Source: TPA_inf: Saccharomyces
Taxonomy: Eukaryota
Direction of reading: 5' to 3'
Assembly: GCA_000146045.2 (NCBI GenBank)
Contig: BK006938.2
Coordinates: forward strand, 448,001 to 512,000
Length of the DNA stretch: 64,000 nt
Below are positions 55,498 to 64,000 of the stretch, in pieces; within the stretch, counting starts at the first letter, position 1, and each line of letters opens with the position of its first letter. The notes below the pieces were generated by a model. The model saw only the letters and a list, made by a program, of their open reading frames with translations, was not told the DNA's origin and did no database searches. A program made the position numbers and the translations under genes.

Positions 55498-55863
55498 ATG
55501 TCTGATATTTTGGATGAGATTGTCATAGAAGATGTTGTGGCAAATTGCCCCCAGGAGTTTCTGCAATATCATAAATGCATAAGAGATAATGAGGAAAATC
55601 CTGGGAAGTGTAAAGATGGAAGAATGATATTATCTACATGCATTAGAGAAAAAGTGCCCAGTGTGAAAAGTATCATGAGCGAATGTAGTGAGCCAATGAA
55701 GAAATATGACCAATGCATTCGTGATAATATGGGTACAAGAACTATTAACGAAAACTGTCTAGGATTCTTACAGGACTTAAGGAAATGTGCGGAATTGCAG
55801 GTTAAAAATAAAAATATTAAGCCTTCAATTAATGGAGTAAACTTGGAATTAATCAAGGACTGA
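55498..55863 (+). CDS. MIX14: Mitochondrial intermembrane-space twin Cx9C protein, 121 aa
   Basis: Two CX9C pairs: CPQEFLQYHKC...CKDGRMILSTC and CSEPMKKYDQC...CLGFLQDLRKC. 121 aa from MSDILDE. Confidence 0.85.
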   Translation: MSDILDEIVIEDVVANCPQEFLQYHKCIRDNEENPGKCKDGRMILSTCIREKVPSVKSIMSECSEPMKKYDQCIRDNMGTRTINENCLGFLQDLRKCAELQVKNKNIKPSINGVNLELIKD

Positions 55864-56098
55864 ATTAATAGGCTTCCTTTGTTTATTTCCGCCATTTTTA
55901 TCGTTGCATAAAGACATTATATATTCCTGTGAATATTTTTTAACTAAAATGTCCGAAGAAATTACTGTATTTAAAGTATATATATTTTCTAAAGATACTT
56001 AGGTATACCTGACGGGCAGTCCTTTTTTCATCACAGAATAATTTTCGGTAAAGGATCATTCATTTCCATAGGTAGGAGAAGTAATACTTCAAATTATT

Positions 56099-56695
56099 TC
56101 AAAACTTTGCAACGGTTTCGTAGAAAGTCTTGCCTTGAATTTCGTGTACTTGTAATTCCAAGGCGGAAGGAGATCTTGAACCGTCACTGCCTGCAATGGT
56201 ACCCGCACCCCATGGTGAACCACCGTGAACTTCATCCATATTGGTCAATTCAGCGAAAACATTCTTGTAACCCAATGGGACAAAAATGATACCGTGATGA
56301 GCCAAAGTAGACAAAGAGTTCATAATTGTGGCTTCATTACCACCACCAGTTCCGGTGGAGACGAAACAACCAGCGACCTTACCATGCAAAGCACCCTTAG
56401 CCCACAACCCACCGGTACGGTCCCAGAAAGCCTTCCATTGAGCAGGGAAGTTACCAAATCTAGTTGGAATACCAAACAAAAAGGCATCATATTCTGTCAA
56501 CGTATCTTGAGTGGCAATTGGGTAATCTGGCTTTGGAGCACCGCCAAGCGCCTTAACAACTTCTGGAGACAACGTTTCCTCGACTTGATAAATGTCTGCA
56601 GAGCCTCCAGCGGCTTCAATTCCCTTCTTTTCTGCCTCTGCGGTGGCAGCAACGTGACCATATAGTGTGTAAATGATGATAGCTACTCTTGGCAT
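56099..56695 (-). CDS. PST2: Flavodoxin-like fold NAD(P)H:quinone oxidoreductase (WrbA family), 198 aa
   Basis: [14 protein letters not shown]... flavodoxin-like FMN-binding N-terminus, strong codon bias. The ORF track's 73-codon upstream extension starts at a TTG codon and is not credited. Confidence 0.9.
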   Translation of the reverse strand: MPRVAIIIYTLYGHVAATAEAEKKGIEAAGGSADIYQVEETLSPEVVKALGGAPKPDYPIATQDTLTEYDAFLFGIPTRFGNFPAQWKAFWDRTGGLWAKGALHGKVAGCFVSTGTGGGNEATIMNSLSTLAHHGIIFVPLGYKNVFAELTNMDEVHGGSPWGAGTIAGSDGSRSPSALELQVHEIQGKTFYETVAKF

Positions 56696-56953
56696 TGTAT
56701 ATAATTGGATTCTTTTAACTAGAGAGTGGTGATGATTTATTGAATATATTATTCGACGATATTTAATTATATGAGAAAAACAGTAAAAAGAATAAGGCCA
56801 AATGCATTGATCGTTTTGCCGCTCGTTGACGTTTATATATATTTTATTGTTGTCCAGAGAGTAACTGTACTCAATTGTGGGAAAGGGGTTGCTAACGAAG
56901 CCAAGGCTTGCCAATACACTGCGCAGGTGCAGCCCCGCAGAATTATTAATTTT

Positions 56954-56960
56954 TTACTAA
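56954..56960. promoter_or_regulatory. Yap1 response element TTACTAA about 260 bp upstream of PST2
   Basis: Exact YRE heptamer. PST2 is an established Yap1-dependent oxidative-stress gene. Confidence 0.55.
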
Positions 56961-57233
56961 GACAGTCAAGAGACGGGTAAGCGATCGCAATGAGCGGCAA
57001 TAGGAAAAATTAATAATGAATCAGTCAGCGTCGCAAAAGCCACAAGTAAAACGATTTAAGTCCATAATGTTATCCAGGGAAACAAGCCAGGCGCACGCAC
57101 CTTAATAAGTTGGACACTCATCAAAACGCATGAGTCCCTCTGTTTCCAAGGCCAAAGAGGTGGCAGCCAATAACTATTAAGTTACGCTAGATGTTTCGAA
57201 CCACCCAGGTCACACTGTCATTATTAGTAGTAC

Positions 57234-57254
57234 ATATATATATATATATATATA
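57234..57254. repeat. (AT)10 microsatellite in the PST2-MRH1 intergenic region
   Basis: atatatatatatatatatata read directly. Confidence 0.95.
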
Positions 57255-57509
57255 ATTATCATTTAAAAGGAGATATATTACTGATAATCAAAATAGTAAA
57301 AACTACATCCGGAGTATGACAGTCCAACGATTATGTAGTATACTCCTTTTCACGTTTTTGCAAGAAATATTCCTTCTTCTTGCCATGATAAAAAGTTGTA
57401 TTTAGATATTATCTCGATTTAAGTGGCTCTTCTTTTATTTCTTGCTACTGGTGGTTTTTTTTGTTGTCTTTCGTCCCAAGACAGAAAAAGAAAAAGAAGA
57501 ATATAGGCA

Positions 57510-57520
57510 AAAATATAAAA
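57510..57520. promoter_or_regulatory. Candidate ARS consensus sequence (TTTTATATTTT on minus) inside an A-rich block; possible ARS418
   Basis: 11/11 WTTTAYRTTTW match flanked by a 60-bp purine/A-rich stretch, in a 3.2-kb gene-free region. Confidence 0.35.
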
Positions 57521-60146
57521 AAACAAAACAAAAGAGGAAAGGGAAATTAAAAGAATAGCAAATGCTTTAATCACACACTTTGCGCTTCCTACAAAATTAC
57601 GGCAATGATTTTGGATGTAACACGTAAAGATAAATAGCATAGTTCGCTTTCTTTTAAAAGAATAACTCTTGTTTCATGAAAGGATTTTGGTATGGCCCCG
57701 CAAAATCATTCAATTTTTTGTCATAATATCTTCTCTTTCACGATATAGATTCACGCAAGGGCGCTCACAGCAATGCTATCTCAATTGTAGAAATCTGCGA
57801 AGCGAGCAAAAGGCGCTTAATTTTGAATGCTCCAGTCAAGGCGAAAGAGTTTTTATTGAAGATGCAAGATCTTATGCAGATGTAAGGTTAGCGGTAATGT
57901 GTACTACATGCATAATTAATAAAGAAATCTAAATTACTTCGATGTGCTCATGCTCATACACCTAATTTTGTTTTCATATTTCAATGCCTTTACAAAAAAT
58001 TGAGAACACAGAGAAGGCCTCCGATTTAGAATAGTACAAAATATCTATTTTTTTGCATTTAGGCTCCGTATAGAGTAAGCGAAGAAAACCGCCTGATTCA
58101 AGTGATTCTGCTTTTTTGGTTTACTTTCCACGCAGATTGGCTGCTCTGTTTGTTTATTTGTTTTGGGAACGCGGTATTACCTCTCATTTCTCTGAGCGAC
58201 TTTTCAACTTGGCGCGCCGACATTTGCGCTTTTTTTTACAAGTTGTCAAACTCTCGGATTATTTAAAAAAAAGGGTTTTTTGCTCTTCTTGTTCCCATCT
58301 ACGGGTTTCACGGAAAAACTACCCCGAAAAAGAAGCACAGCTTTATAAAAAGACCGTATTAATTTGCTTTATTGGGTAATAACGGGGCATTCGGGACATA
58401 CAATCATACGCTAGATGCTGCGTGTAATAATTAACATTGTAAATCCCTATCTTTTTTTTTTATATAAGTAGAGTACTTTAAAAAGAGTGGACGACTGAGT
58501 TCATATACAAGCAGACGCCCTTTCATTTAATCTCAATCTTGTTTCAGGCCGGCTTTTGTCCATAACTGCTACGCTGCGTAAAAAAAAAATAAGAGAAATT
58601 GAAAAATATGGGCGTCGTCTAAGGATGGTAACTAGCTTCATTATACTATGGGTCTTCCTTCTTTTCCAACGCTTCCACTTTGACCTCAATCTCTTCTCGA
58701 TGGCCTAAGGTAGCAAGGTTGTGTTAAAAAAAACAAATACATCAGAGCAAGACACTTTTGGGTTTATTAGGTATTATAGGTATAGGTCAATTAATTTCTT
58801 ATCTTTTGTTGAGAGGATAAGGGTAATATTAGCGACCCTTAAGTAATTTTTGTTCTGTTTTACTTCAGTTTAATAAAAGCGACTGCCGCCGACCTTACTC
58901 CCTTTTTTTTATTATGCTCCTCGAGACAAGGTCGCTTAAAAAAAAAAAAAAGCTTAGTCAGACATGCAATCAGCGCAATTTATGGAAGCTGGAAAGGGGG
59001 GCCGCATTTTATGCACTATCTCTTGAATTCAAAAAGTAATTCAGGCCAAATTAACTAAGGATGCAAATGAAGCGAGTACTGAACGAATAGTCATGTTCTG
59101 AATTTCAAGCATTCAAATTTTGCTTTTCAGCGCTGTTCATCTTAGCGCTTACCATAAAGAGGAATACGTAATTCAACAACGGAGTTGAAAAATTTTTAAA
59201 ATCGTGCCGGTGTTAGTGAGAAGAGGATGGAGGGAATTAATACTTCGATGGAAGATGCAACTTGCAAATGTAGTCCGGTTACCAAGAGACCCAAACCTCT
59301 TCCACTTTACTATTTCTCCTTTGAGAAATATATCAGTTTGCGGTAATAGGTAATATGAAAAAGGCAATAAAAAAAAGAGATACTTGTCACCATCTCGTCT
59401 CCCTTTACCTTTTTTACTTAATCTTCTTCGTCGTCATCTGTTCCATCCCTTTCCTAGCTTAGTCTTCTCCGGCTAGTTCTTAGTGCGGTGAGCAAAAAAA
59501 ATAGCGTTTTTTTTCCCTCACCAGGACTTTTTTTGTTAACCGAAAATCGGCATCTCTAGTTTTCCTGGACAAAAAAGGCAAAATGGAAATAAACACTCAT
59601 ACGAATCAGTAAAGATGTAAATAATCGCAGTAACGACTGCACAAGGATGTCAGAAAAAGCAGTTTAATTCCAGAAGTGGTTTTCCAATTTATCACACATG
59701 TACATGAAGGGAAATGTATAAATACGGTCTTCGTAAAACAAAGGATCTCTTCACCTGGTTTCTTCATTTATAAGTAGTGTCTTTTTCGGTAACTTAAGAT
59801 ATATCCTTATTTCTTTCCCACTTCTCGTTATTTCTTCTTTTTCCCTTTTCAAGTTCTTCTTTTTATTTATTATTAAGCTTATTTTAATTCTTAGATCGTT
59901 GTCACTATCTTTTGTCCTTATTGTTAAGAAACATTGCGAAGAAAAAGAATAATAAAAGAAACTCAGAAAAAAAAAAAGTTTCCTCGAACAAAAATATTAT
60001 TATTTCAATAACTTTTTCTTTCTCTACATCCAATTTTTTGACCCTATTTTAACATTAATTTTTTGCTTTAATTTTAACTAATACCTAATTTCACTTAATA
60101 TCTAATCATCTTCCTTTAACCCACAGAACAAAGAAGAAAAATAACA

Positions 60147-61109
60147 ATGTCTACCTTTGAAACTTTAATTAAAAGAGGTGGTAACGAAGCCATCAAAATT
60201 AACCCTCCAACCGGTGCGGATTTCCACATCACTAGTCGTGGTTCCGATTGGTTCTGGACATGTTTCTGTTGTTACCTATTATTTGGTTTAATTTTAACAT
60301 TCTTAATGTTCAGAAAACCAGTCAATGACAGATTCTTTTACCTTACCGGTATTGCTCCAAACTTTTTCATGTGTATCGCTTATTTCACCATGGCTTCTAA
60401 CTTAGGTTGGATTCCAGTCAAGGCTAAGTACAACCATGTCCAAACTTCTACTCAAAAAGAACATCCAGGTTACAGACAAATCTTCTACTCTAGATTCGTT
60501 GGTTGGTTCTTAGCTTTGCCATGGCCAATTATTCAAATCTGTATGCTAGCTGGTACCCCATTCTGGCAAATGGCTTTCAATGTTTGTATTACTGAATTCT
60601 TCACTGTTTGTTGGTTGATCGCTGCCTGTGTTCACTCCACTTACAAATGGGGTTACTACACCATCGGTCTAGGTGCTGCTATTGTCGTTAGTATCAGTGT
60701 TATGACCACCAGTTACAACTTGGTGAAACAAAGAGATAACGATATCAGGTTGACATTCCTTGTTTTCTTCAGCATTATTATGTTCTTGTGGATTATTGCT
60801 TACCCAACTTGTTTCGGTATTACCGATGGTGGTAACGTTTTGCAGCCAGACTCTGCCGGTATTTTCTATGGTATCATTGATCTTATTTTGATGTGTTTCA
60901 TTCCAACTTTATTGGTTCCAATTGCTAACCACTTCGGTGCTGACAAATTGGGCTACCATTTCGGACCTAGTGATGCCGAAGCAGTGATGGCTCCAAAAGC
61001 TCCAGTTGCTAGTCCAAGACCTGCTGCTACACCAAACTTGAGTAAGGACAAGAAAAAGAAGTCTAAGAAGAGCAAGAAATCTAAGAAGTCTAAGAAGTCT
61101 GAAGAATAA
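60147..61109 (+). CDS. MRH1: Plasma-membrane 7-TM protein of the HSP30/YRO2 (microbial-rhodopsin-like) family, 320 aa
   Basis: Seven hydrophobic segments, strong codon bias, C-terminal tail KKKKSKKSKKSKKSKKSEE. Confidence 0.92.
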   Translation: MSTFETLIKRGGNEAIKINPPTGADFHITSRGSDWFWTCFCCYLLFGLILTFLMFRKPVNDRFFYLTGIAPNFFMCIAYFTMASNLGWIPVKAKYNHVQTSTQKEHPGYRQIFYSRFVGWFLALPWPIIQICMLAGTPFWQMAFNVCITEFFTVCWLIAACVHSTYKWGYYTIGLGAAIVVSISVMTTSYNLVKQRDNDIRLTFLVFFSIIMFLWIIAYPTCFGITDGGNVLQPDSAGIFYGIIDLILMCFIPTLLVPIANHFGADKLGYHFGPSDAEAVMAPKAPVASPRPAATPNLSKDKKKKSKKSKKSKKSKKSEE

Positions 61110-61736
61110 GCCAATCGTCATGTCAATTATGTGCTACTTTCTTCTTTCTTTCAATCATCTTTGAAGAATTTTCTACTTCAAGCCAATCCTATAAATGGAT
61201 AAAACTGTCTTTATTGATTATTTGACAAGATTATTTTACTCCATCTTCAACTTTTATCATATTTTATTTTATTTTCCTGACGTTTCAATATTTTCGTTCG
61301 TTAAATTATCACCATTTCTTGTCGAATTTTTATTTTCTATCATAAAGTGCAATTCTAGACTCATTTTTTAATTTAATGGATCCATTTAATCCATTTCGTC
61401 AAGCAAGTATGTTTTCATAACAATATTTTGCTCAGTGCATTTTGATCAAGAAACGTATAGTTGATGATTAGAAACGAGCTTTTTTATGCCCATCGTCATC
61501 TATATATATATTTGTATCACTTTAATAGTTATTTTAATATTTGATAACAACCTTTCTAATAGTATTGTTATGGAAGGTTTAGTGCTGGAGGAAAAAAAAG
61601 AAAGATAAAGGCACGGTGCCTGCTTTGCGCGGCATTCTCGAGAAAAATAGTTCTCGGACTTTTGACGTGCCAGTGCAATTATCCGTACACAATTTTATAT
61701 CAATCTACAGGCAAAATTATTACGTAAACAGACAAA

Positions 61737-64000
61737 CTACCATGTTAAAACGTCTTGTTCTTCTAACCTGTAATTTTGATTTTTACCATACCAGACCTTT
61801 TCCAGTCTGTTAAGATTATGTTCTGTGAGCTTTTGAAATTTTCCACCATTGATTTTATAATATCTTTTAACAATCGCTCTTGTTTCCTCGTCCATTGCAT
61901 TCAAACCTGCAATCAATACAGCAAAATTACTATAACAAGTCCTTGAATTTTGTGGCGGCGAGTCACTGTCTAAGAATTTGAAGAAAGACATGATTTTCTT
62001 GACCACTTGTTGAATGGTACTTGACTCTTTTGGCATACCTAAAAGTTTTAATAATACAATTAATAAGAAAGATAAAACTTGTGTCTGATGAGAAATATCA
62101 TACCAGCTGATGGCAACTTCTTCACCGTTCTTTAATGTCACCATATCGATGGCATTATCATGAATATTACTAATTCTAGGGTGTGACTGATTGTCTGAGG
62201 GTATAATTCCAGATTTGTCAATAAATTCGTAATCTAATTGCTTGTCAATTTCCACTAGAATTTTCTGCGTATTGAAATATGATATCTGGTCTTTGGACTT
62301 TTCGGACGAAGTTTGGGATGATAAAAGCAGATAGTCTAATTTCTTAGTGAACAAACCTTCTTCTTTAGAAAAGTAATTTTTTTCAGTTGACCTAATTGTA
62401 TTGAGTGATTTGAAAACTTCTTTAATAACAAGATCGAAATCTTCTTTATGTCCTCTTAAAAGATTAAACTCATTTAGTGGAGTCATAATATTTAAAAATT
62501 TTAACGAGTCAACATATTGGTAATCATATGGATCAAAAATTGCATCAAGGTCATTATTATCAATTAAAGATCCGCCAAATACCGTACTTATACTGGCGAA
62601 TGTTTCCATAACTTTAAACCAACATTTTGCAACGTTAAGTACTTTGGAGGAATTCCCGGCATTGATTTTTTTAAAAAGGTCAGTTACACCTTTTAAGTGA
62701 GACCTCCATTGAGAATTCATTGAATAAATACAATCCCATGCAAGCATGATGACCGTCAGGATGATAGGCTCTATCCTATTTAAAACGTTTGACTCATTCT
62801 TGAATTGTTCACCCAACAGGCTCAGGCAATGTGACAAATAAGCACAATAGTTTCGTTCATCTTCCAAGTTATTAGACTTTCTATATGCTATAGATGCTCC
62901 CGTAGCTAATATGGAAGATAAAAGATAGGCCTCGTTTTTCGCAAATGAAAGTAAGATATCTCTTAACGGGTTCCCTTGATTTTGGAAAAAGGGCGCAATA
63001 GAATCTAAGCAATCGTAGTAAAATATCTTTAGATACTTATCGTGGATTCCACCTAGTTTGAACGAGCTTAGTTTTGTGTTGAAAGTTATTACATTATTCA
63101 CCAGAAAGGATATTGGTACGCTACTGTTCACATTCGAAGCGGGCAAAAGTTCAGGTATGTCCAAATCGGGCAAATCTAATCCTTTCAGTTCTTCATTCAA
63201 TAAGTAAGAGTCATGAAGTTTCATATTAACCATATCATTCAAGTTCTGCATTAGTAAATTAACGTCATATCCATTCATTGTGGTGGTAAGGTCCAAATTT
63301 GGAATCTCTAGGGATTCTATTTCATCCAAAGGTACATTCTTGCCGTTATCTGTAATCGGTTTAGGGTCCGTGGTGTCTTCACTTAAATTTTGTCGTACTT
63401 TTTTCTTCTTCTCAGCCTTGCATGACGAATGCTGACGCTTGCGAGCATTATTATGATCATTATCGAGGCTAGTACTGTGCTTCCTAAATTCTTTTACTCT
63501 TTGAGCATTTGAGGTTCTTCTTTTCTTATTTTTTGGGTTTAAAACGTAAACGCACTGACGATTCAATCTTGCGCACTGCCAACAAGTCGGTTTAGTTTCA
63601 TCACATTTCATTCTTCGTCTCTTACACTCGGAGCACCCATTTCTGGAGTACTTCCGTTTTACTGTATTTCCCTTCTTATCCGTAACAGTTGAAGTTACAG
63701 CAGGATTAGGGGTCAACGATGAGTGTCCATTATCATCTGCCTGTGAAATAGTGGGGTGATCTGCATTTTGATCTTGCTCTGAAGTAGTGGGATGACCTGC
63801 ATTTTCATTACTGCCGTCATTACTACTTGTGGTCGATTCTACATTTTCGCCTCCTATATTCGAATTTGACGGCGAGGTCATCTGTTTATGATTAAAAATG
63901 CCACCTAAAGATCCCGCTCTAGCATTTAAAAACGATAAGGAGGGTAGATTGTTTTTTGGTTCAAAGCAACTAGTTGAAGTCCCACTATTTGTGAACGATG
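61737..64000 (-). CDS. LYS14: Zn2Cys6 transcriptional activator of lysine biosynthesis; 5' end outside window (about 76 codons missing)
   Basis: Zn(II)2Cys6 cluster CSECKRRRMKCDETKPTCWQCARLNRQC. The minus-strand frame stays open from 63881 to the window end (no stop in 63882-64000), so the ATG at 63881 is internal. Expected full length is about 790 aa. Confidence 0.88.
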   Translation of the reverse strand, partial: SFTNSGTSTSCFEPKNNLPSLSFLNARAGSLGGIFNHKQMTSPSNSNIGGENVESTTSSNDGSNENAGHPTTSEQDQNADHPTISQADDNGHSSLTPNPAVTSTVTDKKGNTVKRKYSRNGCSECKRRRMKCDETKPTCWQCARLNRQCVYVLNPKNKKRRTSNAQRVKEFRKHSTSLDNDHNNARKRQHSSCKAEKKKKVRQNLSEDTTDPKPITDNGKNVPLDEIESLEIPNLDLTTTMNGYDVNLLMQNLNDMVNMKLHDSYLLNEELKGLDLPDLDIPELLPASNVNSSVPISFLVNNVITFNTKLSSFKLGGIHDKYLKIFYYDCLDSIAPFFQNQGNPLRDILLSFAKNEAYLLSSILATGASIAYRKSNNLEDERNYCAYLSHCLSLLGEQFKNESNVLNRIEPIILTVIMLAWDCIYSMNSQWRSHLKGVTDLFKKINAGNSSKVLNVAKCWFKVMETFASISTVFGGSLIDNNDLDAIFDPYDYQYVDSLKFLNIMTPLNEFNLLRGHKEDFDLVIKEVFKSLNTIRSTEKNYFSKEEGLFTKKLDYLLLSSQTSSEKSKDQISYFNTQKILVEIDKQLDYEFIDKSGIIPSDNQSHPRISNIHDNAIDMVTLKNGEEVAISWYDISHQTQVLSFLLIVLLKLLGMPKESSTIQQVVKKIMSFFKFLDSDSPPQNSRTCYSNFAVLIAGLNAMDEETRAIVKRYYKINGGKFQKLTEHNLNRLEKVWYGKNQNYRLEEQDVLTW

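Noticed and set aside
56696-56914. 73-codon N-terminal extension of PST2 in the ORF track (also SOK1 +29, RAD57 +4, TRP1 +10, DAD1 +6, YDR018C +7, MIX14 +3)
   Set aside because: The ORF track uses non-ATG starts (the PST2 track start is TTG; the MAF1 track start is GTG). First in-frame ATGs reproduce the known protein lengths.
57186-57215. tRNA-like GTTTCGAACC near 57196
   Set aside because: Superficial T-loop resemblance only. No acceptor, D or anticodon stems can be folded on either strand.
63881-63883. ATG at 63881 as the LYS14 start (714 aa)
   Set aside because: The frame remains open through 63882-64000 with no stop. The real N-terminus is outside the window, so this is an internal Met.

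Overview
This window is ordinary Saccharomyces cerevisiae nuclear DNA: the centromere-proximal right arm of chromosome IV, running from the 3' part of RMD1 (YDL001W) through CEN4 to the 5'-truncated LYS14 (YDR034C). From memory of the S288C reference it corresponds to roughly chrIV:448,001-512,000, but I could not verify it base-by-base. I see no foreign, accessory or previously undescribed system here; the most useful output is a careful annotation plus cis-element observations.

Features supported from the sequence:
- 32 protein-coding genes recognised from their translated ORFs and family motifs. Two are cut by the window edges (RMD1, LYS14). Two contain introns that six-frame ORF calling misses: MAF1, with a 6-nt first exon, and RPS11A, with a 339-nt intron.
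- One tRNA-Val(UAC) gene with a Pol III T-tract terminator.
- The point centromere CEN4 (CDEI/II/III).
- The classic ARS1 origin just 3' of TRP1; the historical 1.45-kb TRP1-ARS1 EcoRI fragment is intact.
- Several textbook promoter elements: one UASgal at GAL3, two PDREs upstream of SNQ2, URS1 upstream of meiotic HED1, three STREs at NTH1, a glycine-regulatory CATC-N7-CTTCTT motif at GCV1, RRPE+PAC at FAL1, a Yap1 site at PST2, and two identical Reb1-type sites.
- (TA)n microsatellites and low-complexity coding repeats.

The only region that merits real follow-up is the unusually long (3.2 kb) PST2-MRH1 intergenic region, which carries a perfect ARS consensus match. Many small ORFs in the supplied track are antisense shadows or known dubious ORFs, and several ORF-track N-termini start at non-ATG codons.
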